This document shows, in pieces, positions 55,271 through 64,000 of a stretch of 64,000 nucleotides of DNA. The DNA is from the human T2T-CHM13v2.0 reference genome, Homo sapiens. The stretch lies in NCBI RefSeq assembly GCF_009914755.1, contig NC_060940.1. One strand, written 5' to 3'. Positions within the stretch are counted from its first letter, which is position 1, and each line of letters opens with the position of its first letter. Both the position numbers and the translations under genes were made by a program. Below the pieces are notes generated by a model. The model was not told the DNA's origin. It worked only from the letters and a program-made list of their open reading frames with translations, and did not search any database.

Positions 55271-55871
55271 TGTGTCTATATATATCATATATATATATAT
55301 ATATCATATGTGTATATGTTTGTGTGTGTGTATATATCTCTCTATATATGTATATAGATATATATATATATATGAAAGGGAGTTTATTCAGGAGAATTGA
55401 CTCACATGATCACAAGTCCCATGACATGACATCTGAAAGCTGAGGAGCAAGAAAGCCAGTGATGGATCAGTCCAAGTCCCAAAACCTTAAAAGTAGGGAA
55501 GCCAACAGTGCATCCTTCAGTTTGTGGCCAAAGGCCTGACAACCCTGGCAAACCACTGGTGTAAGCCCAAGAGTCCAAAACCTGCAGGACTTGGAGCCTG
55601 ATGTTTGACGGCAAGAAGCATCAAATATGGGAGAAAGAGGAAGGCCAGAAGATTCAGCAAGACTGCTCTTCCAAATCCACCTGCCTGCTTTATTCTAGCT
55701 GCACTGGAAGCTGATTAGATAATGCTTACCCAGATTGAGGGTGAGTCGGCCTCTCCCAGTCCACTGACTCAAAAGTTAACCTCCTTTGGCAACACCCTCA
55801 CAGACAAACCCAGGAACAATACTTTGCATGGTTCAATCCAATCAAGTTGACACTCAATATTAACCATCACA
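55271..55871 (-). mobile_element. MLT2A2 solo LTR with (TA/TG)n at its U5 end
   Basis: gggagtttattcaggagaattgactcacatgatcacaag...aaaagtagggaagcc...caatccaatcaagttgacactcaatattaaccatcaca. Confidence 0.85.
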
Positions 55872-58414
55872 CTCCAAAAATGAACTGAAGACTTACAGGA
55901 GGGGGCATAGTGACTCTGTCTTCCTGTTCTTTTCTGGAAGACTTAGATCAGGTATTGACATCTCAAAGGATGAAATGAAGTGGTGGCAACTTCTTCCATG
56001 TTTTGATTGTTTAAAGAAAAATCTGATCTATGTTTTGGTGAAGCCTCTGAATTCAGCGATCTGTCTTTCATTTAGAGGTCTCCATTTCTTCACTGTAATA
56101 TAGCTGTGTCCTAAGAAAGCCATGTGGTCAGATTGTGACACTTATTTTTCTAAGTTTCTTTATTAGTAAGGCCTACTGCCTGTTTTTGTTTGTTTTCTGT
56201 TTGTTCATTTTGTTTTGCTTTATATTTTTTCTTACAGTCATTTTTAATCTAAATGAATACTTTTACCTATTGTCTAATGTAGGTATAATGTAGACATATA
56301 CTTTTAATCAGGACCCATCTAATTTGGAGACATTTTATAGACATGGGTAAACACATTAATAAAGAGGCAATCACTGTGTAGCTAGGTGAGCATTTTCATA
56401 ATCCTTGAGTATCCAGGTAATCAAATAATGAAATATGTGTTTCTGTCTTCCAGAATTAAATCCAATACTTTAATTTATTATTTAAGATACCTAATTATTC
56501 TACATCACCAAAACCTATGCCTAGATTTATATTTTTCTTTCACCAACCTGTTTATCTTTTGCCCACATTAGCTCTATATGTCTACCTAGCATGAATCAAT
56601 CATCTGTCTATTTATCTATTCCTTTTGCTAAAATATCTGTTAAAGCTAAAATTCTATGAAATACTCATCAATCAGTCAAATAATTCACATGCATAATTTA
56701 GATAGAATAAATTCACAACTAGTGATGAAAATAAATGCTCTGAATGTTTTGTGAATTTAAAAACCTTGGGTTAATCATAGGACTTTAAAATATGACATGA
56801 TAATGTACTCATAGAGATTAAATTTTTAGAACTGTATTATGTGATCCATTAGCTATGTAGAATAAAAGGATATATAGAAAATAATATATATACACACATC
56901 TATATGTATCTGTATCTAGACATATATAGATATTTCTGTATCACGTTTTTCTCTTTAAAGATTATTAATGAGAGTTATTTTTCTGCATCATAGTCAGTTT
57001 GAAATCACTATTTAAATTAATTATGACAGCCATATCAATTAGACATAAGAGATTTCTAAAGCTAATTAGAGTCTGAGAGTTTTTAATTTGACGTCTGTCT
57101 CTGTGTAATATGTGCTTTATGCATTAAATTAATGAAATTAAGCCTGCATCATTATAAATATCCACTTTCATAGTTCCATAAGTTTCACAATTACATGCCA
57201 TATTTGAGTGATAATTGAATGAGACTAAATAATTATGTTCACATCAGCATTGGTAGGATTTTAAGAATGTATCTTTTACTTTTCACTCTCAAGTCTTGTG
57301 TACCTAGCAGTACACAACTTGTTGCCAAGAAAACCTTGTCATTTTCAGAATAAAGACAGTGTAATAGAAGCTGTAAGAGAGATGAGGTTCATCAGAAGCA
57401 TATTAATGTATTATAAAATAAGGTAATACCTGAAGACCAAAAAATATATAAACTCTAATTAATGTACAGTGTAATATTTTACAAACTCTTCTATTTAATA
57501 GGACCATATTTACCTGAGATGATTACCTGATGCATTATACTCAATATAAATATAGAAAATGATTTTGTTTTTAAAATAAGAAATTTGTCTTCTCTGCATA
57601 TATATGTGTAATTTATGTTTATATTAAGGTTGCATCACTGTATAATGTTTTGAAATAAAACTTTAACATATTCTGTGAAAATACATATTTAAAGTGAAGA
57701 AAAGAATTAATTTGCATGCAAATGGGACTAAAACATGATATATGAGAGGACTGCAACCCTGCCTTTAAGATTTGCTTGTGACATTTGTGTTTTAACAGGC
57801 AATTAAAATTTAATTTGTCCTATGATGAAAAGCAAATCCTTTTATCCTATTTCAGCAGTCTGAAAAGGTACAGACTCTATTACAAAAGAAGACTGTGGCT
57901 AAAGGTTTCTTGTGCCCTTGTGACCCCGCGGTATGAAATTGATGATAATCCAATCAAGGATTGACATAAAAATAAGTCTGCACGTAAACGATTATGAGTG
58001 GAAAGACAATGGCTGAGAGAAAGGAGTCATTGCTCATGGTCTGCTTGAAGCCTTTCAGAGGAAGGCTTTGTTTGTCTTTTTTGCAATCGCAAAAGTGTCC
58101 CAGTGCATACCATTGGTTTGCTGAAATAGCTATTAGGAAATTCTGTCAGGGTGAGATTAGTGCAGAAAACCAGATGGGATGTTTCCAGGCCCTTACCCCT
58201 GAGTAATGAAAGAAAGAAAGAAGTGAAGAAAGAAGAAGTAAGTGATGAAGAGGAGGGAAAGGGGCTTTACTATAAGCTGAGTTGATGAAATGTGTCTAAA
58301 TAGTATTTGGCAAGCTGGAAATCTACCTGGTCTGTATAATTCTGTATTTTTCTTAGAATATTTGTAATGTATTATTTTTAATGAGAGAAAGAATCAATTA
58401 AGAATAAGTCATTC

Positions 58415-58767
<353 letters not shown>

Positions 58768-58918
58768 TCAAAGAAGGCTAGGGATTTGACCCAGGCTTAA
58801 GAACTAGGGCTAAATGAAAGTTAAGTTAACCATTTTTAACAGAAGGGGTACTGTTTTCTGGAAAGTTTGTTCAGAAATATATGAGGATATTTTTCATTGC
58901 ACAATGATGTGGCCCTCA

Positions 58919-59308
<390 letters not shown>

Positions 59309-59617
59309 TTAGAGGAGAAAATATTTTAAATGATCTAGGTCTGTAGTGTAACTCTCTTTTCCATGTAAAGAAAGTATGTTTGCATGGGTTTAATATGCAC
59401 TAAATTTTGGAGGAAGATTACTCTGCTCATTGAGGAGATATTTACTTTGTTGTGTTTTAGTCTAGGAGGTTATTCAGTATTTCAGAATATCGTCTTTCTT
59501 TTCTTTTTTTAGTAGGAGTGCTGCTTTTTGTATTTCAGTCACCAACTCAACTGTATCAGTCTGACTTTATAGCTGATACACTCATGATATTTCCGTGTTT
59601 AGAAATAAGCACCGGGT

Positions 59618-59909
<292 letters not shown>

Positions 59910-60704
59910 TCATTCTGTTTTTGTATAGTCATGATTAATTATTTCTAAATTTTAAAATTATTTTATAATACATTTCTATTTTTTCTTTATAGAAGAGTTA
60001 GGGCATTCCATTTTTTATTTACTAACTAACATGGTAGGATATGTTATCCATAGATATATTTTCAGGATACCAGGGCAGAGGGCATTAGCAATGAAATAAA
60101 ATCTATATTTAATAGGGTAGTGGGAAAGAGAGGGTCAAGATTGTGTACCAGGTGTTAGGTGTGTGTGTGTGATTGCTCTGAAGTGGAGTGTTTGAGATCA
60201 AAACATCTCAAAGTTGGATCCTAGTGGTAAAGCCAGCTTCACAAAACAAGGGATGGTATGTTCTATCCACTGCGTTGGGAAACTGAAAAAATTGGAGTTC
60301 AATATTGAAAGAGTTGCAAGGTAAAGTTAGTATAGGATAGGATTATCTAAATTCAAGAGTTTTACATAATCCTAATGGTAATTTTACCCAGAAAATGAAG
60401 GCTTCAAGGTAACACCTATCTTGCCTGTGAGGTATTGGGCACTGTAATATAAAAATGTATGTGATAGCAATAAAATCCTCCACATTCAATACCTCATAAA
60501 GTAGGGTCTTCAAATTTTAATTAAAATGTCCGTTCTTCTAAATATTGGAATTCCTCAATTTATGGAGTCCCTGAATTTTAATAATATTGTATACACAGAA
60601 GACATGTATAAAATATACTGGTTTTTGATGGACATATGGATATAACTCAGATATGATAGATTTGACCTCAAACTGAGTTAACAACTTATCAAGAACTGGG
60701 TTTT

Positions 60705-61305
60705 CACTGTGGAAAACAGTGTGGCAATTCCTGAAAGACCTAAAAACAGAAATGCCATTCAAGCCATCAATCCCATTACTGCGTATATATCCAAAGGAAT
60801 ATAAATAGTTCTATCATAAAGACATATGCACTTGTATGTTCATTGCAGCACTATTCACAATTACAAAGACATGGAATCAACCTAACTGCTCATCAGTGTT
60901 AGACTGGATAAAGAAAATGTGGTACACATACATCACAGAATACTATGCAGCCATTAAAAAATCCCAAGATCACATTTCTTCCAGGAACATGGATGGAGCT
61001 GGAGACCATTTTCCTCAGCAAACTAACACAGGAACAAAAAACCAAATACTGCTTTTTCTCACTTATAAGTGGGAGCTAAATGAGGAGAATACATAGACAC
61101 ATAGAAGGTAACAACAGACACTAGGCCATCAAAAAGTGGAGGGTGGGAGAAGGAAGAAGGTCAGGAAAAATAACTAATGGGTACTAGGCTTAATACCTTG
61201 GTGCTGAAATAATATGTTTAATAAACCCCCATGACACAAGTTTACCTATATAACAAACTTGCATATGTACCCATAAACTTACAACAAAAGTTAAATTTTT
61301 AAAAA
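60705..61305 (+). mobile_element. 5'-truncated primate L1 (old L1PA/L1PB) 3' end
   Basis: ORF2 C-terminus MFIAALFTITKTWNQPNC...WIKKMWY; 3' UTR; TSD aactgggtttt. Confidence 0.92.
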
Positions 61306-61579
61306 AGTAACTGGGTTTTGATGTTGACAGCTCCCATGTTAAGCTGAGCAATATAGCGTACAGAGACATTTTAATAGTTGCTAGTAAAATCAAATTGATA
61401 CTTGCCTGGTCATATTTATTTTTTAACCAAAAAGTTTATTTTGAGGGACTTCTGCCTTCTTTTCTATCACATTTTCAAACCCTTTTCTATTTTGCCATTA
61501 TTAGCCATTCATCCTGGAAACAGAGATTATTAATGCTTATTCATCAGAATCTAAGATGTTTTCTAATGATTTGGTATTC

Positions 61580-61800
61580 TGTCTCTTTTCTCTGTCTCTG
61601 TCTCTGTCTCTCTCTTCCTGATGGGATCTAGCTCTGCCACCAAGGCTAAAGTGCAGTAGCATAGTCCTTGCTCACTGCATCCTCAAACTCCAGGACTCAA
61701 GGGATCCCCCTGCTTCAGCCTCTGGAGTAGCTAAGACTGCAGGTACACACCACTACTCCTGGTTATTTATTTTTATTTTTATTTTTGGTAGAGAAGGGGT
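61580..61800 (-). mobile_element. 5'-truncated AluJ
   Basis: gctcactgcatcctcaaactccaggactcaagggatcc...; TSD tgatttggt(a/g)tt. Confidence 0.8.
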
Positions 61801-61809
61801 TGATTTGGT

Positions 61810-62192
61810 GTTTTAACTTGGGTCTCCTAAGAAACACTTGCCAAGATGAAAATGGATAGGCTGGAGAAAGCAGAGACAGCCCTTAGATTAGAATGAGTTT
61901 TTACCCCCATGAAAGAGAGAAGAGAGGAAGGAGGATGGTGTTGGGATAGTCTCAGACTGCAGCGCAATTCCACGAAAGTTTTGGCTGAAACAACAGAGAG
62001 TCTTTATGCTGAAGTTGACCTTTAGAGGTGTCTCACATATTGCTGGAATGATCCTGCTCTAGTTACATTGTCATGCTCAGTCACTGACTGGATTTGAAGC
62101 AAATGTAGTGGTGGATCCAGAGAGATGGCAGCGGAATTGGTCATTCAGTTACATAACCTCCAGCAGATACTCTGAGCAGCACCTTTCCATGG
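61810..62192 (-). mobile_element. LTR16A-like ERVL LTR
   Basis: agtctcagactgcagcgcaattcc...gaaagttttggc...tgctcagtcactgactgg...gtggtggatccagagag...tctgagcagcacctttccatgg. Confidence 0.65.
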
Positions 62193-64000
62193 TGAGAAAA
62201 TGGTGCTTAAAGAGTCAGGAGTCGTCTGCAATGGACCTCTTTGACTTCCTGCTGTACGCTAGAATCTGCTTCAGTAGGTCAGTCGAAACAGGTGTAGACA
62301 TCAGATCAGTTCTTCTCAGTGTCCGTGACACTTCTCAGGTCATGAAGAAGATAAACAGATTCTAGGTGTAAAGCCTGTGGTCACGCAATATTCATCAGAG
62401 AAAACTTTGCTATTGGGAGTGGGAGTGAGAACAGTAAGGAACAGGTCTTATTTGATGATAGGGAATAAAGTAAACCTTCTCTATGCATGCTCATGACACT
62501 CAAAGTGAATTCGATTTCCGGAAGGCTTCTTTCTGACTTTTGCTTTGAGAGTAATAATTTTGTTGCCCAGAGTCTCTAGATTATGGTTGATGTTTTCATT
62601 CTCTGATCCTCTGCACACCCAATGAGTACAAATGTGGCCTGTGACATTCTTTCTTAAACTCTTAATGGCTGTGTGATGTTCAGAGTTTGCTTTCAACAGA
62701 AGCTGCAGACTGCATGTACACTGTGCAGTTAACATCCAGGGGCACTCAAGGTTAATTAGAAATGGTAATAAGTTTAATCATGATGAACTCATTTAGTGCT
62801 GATGTGGATGTCACCTGTAATTCCATAAAAATTCCATTGTAATTTAACATTAATTAATGTCCACTTATCAACGAGTGTTACAGCAAATTAGTAGAGAAAT
62901 GACAAGTTATGTGCTTAAGAAATGCTTAATGGAAGAAAAATAAAACAGCATTTACTAGGTCATCTTAAAATGTGAACAGATCAAGACATCTTTATTATTT
63001 AAAATATGAGATTAAAATCAGGTAAAGTGGCAGTAATTAGGCAAGACTTTGACAATAATTTTTCTGAAAACTAATGGGGTTACAGCAAACATTAAGAATA
63101 TAGATTTGCCTGAATTACCATTTTTTAACATAAATTGACAGAGAAGAGATGGAGCTGTTCTTATCATTATCCTATAATAAGAGAAGCTGCTGAATCTTCA
63201 ATAATCATCATCATGAAGCAATGGTCTTATTCATGTAAAATAAAAGTATTTTTCTCCTTATGTAAAAATGTTATTAGCCATATTTGAAGGCATTATACTC
63301 AGATATCATTCTTCCATTTCTGTAAATGACAACCATTAAATGCAATCGTAGATACATGACAAGACTATTTTTATTACATCAAAAGGAAGAAAGGGATTAA
63401 AATGAATTTATTCAAAGGTGTGATTTGTCAATTTTTTTCCTTTATCAAGGCACAAATGGGACAGCTTTAAACCTAAACATTGAGATCTGACCTCATATTT
63501 GAATAAGTTAATGTGATCCGGTGTTCTTTGAGAAGTACTAAAGCCTCTCTTTTGTATTCGGAAATCCCAGGAGAAATTTTGGCTTTTAGGAGGTCAGCTC
63601 CAAGGTTCCATTTCTTTTCATCATTTTCCCTTTTATCATTTGTCAGTTCTTGACAGCTTAGGAGTCTTCTACGTGTCTGTGGCATGCAGTACAGTATGGA
63701 AAGAAATTTATAGAAAGTATTTCTTTCTTATTACCTAGATCTTTTAGAGCCATGTTATAACTGTTTAAAAAGCTTTTTCCTTAGGGAGAGAGAAATCATT
63801 CCAAATGCACAATTGAAATGCATACTTCAGAGAATAATATAGAGCTATCAAATTTTTGCTAAATTATTTTCAGATTTCAGTTATGAATTTGGGTTCATTA
63901 ATTTAGATATTATCATAAACATTTTAAATAATTTTTTCAAATCTGAAAAAAGACATAGTTATTAATGTCAGTAATGTCAGTAGAGTTTTTCTGGATCTAT

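Noticed and set aside
60836-61096. L1 ORF2 C-terminal peptide
   Set aside because: 600 bp 5'-truncated L1, non-functional

Overview
AT-rich human genomic DNA (an AluYa5 with all five diagnostic bases at 58415-58708 points to Homo sapiens) from a gene desert or a large intron. I see no protein-coding exon, RNA gene, CpG island or processed pseudogene. The ORF track is explained by Alu, LTR or L1 read-through, simple repeats or chance. The window is dominated by fossil transposons: Alus (J, S, Y, Ya5), MaLR LTRs (THE1, MST, MLT1), ERVL LTRs (MLT2A1, MLT2A2, MLT2C/D, LTR16), ERV1 LTRs (MER34-like, MER48), hAT MITEs (MER20, MER20B, MER63A, MER81), MIR/L2 remnants and an ~11 kb nested L1 stack at 39.3-50.3 kb. 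Subfamily names come from recalled consensus sequences and need RepeatMasker/Dfam confirmation. I found no convincing new multi-gene system. The best oddities are: (1) a MaLR provirus whose 5' LTR position is occupied by an ERVL MLT2 LTR; (2) a PATRR-like AT quasi-palindrome inside an L1; (3) an unexplained ~97 bp dispersed duplication in unique DNA; (4) a set of DUX4 motifs with MLT2A1/MLT2A2 LTRs; (5) several candidate enhancers, non-coding exons and a CTCF-like site.
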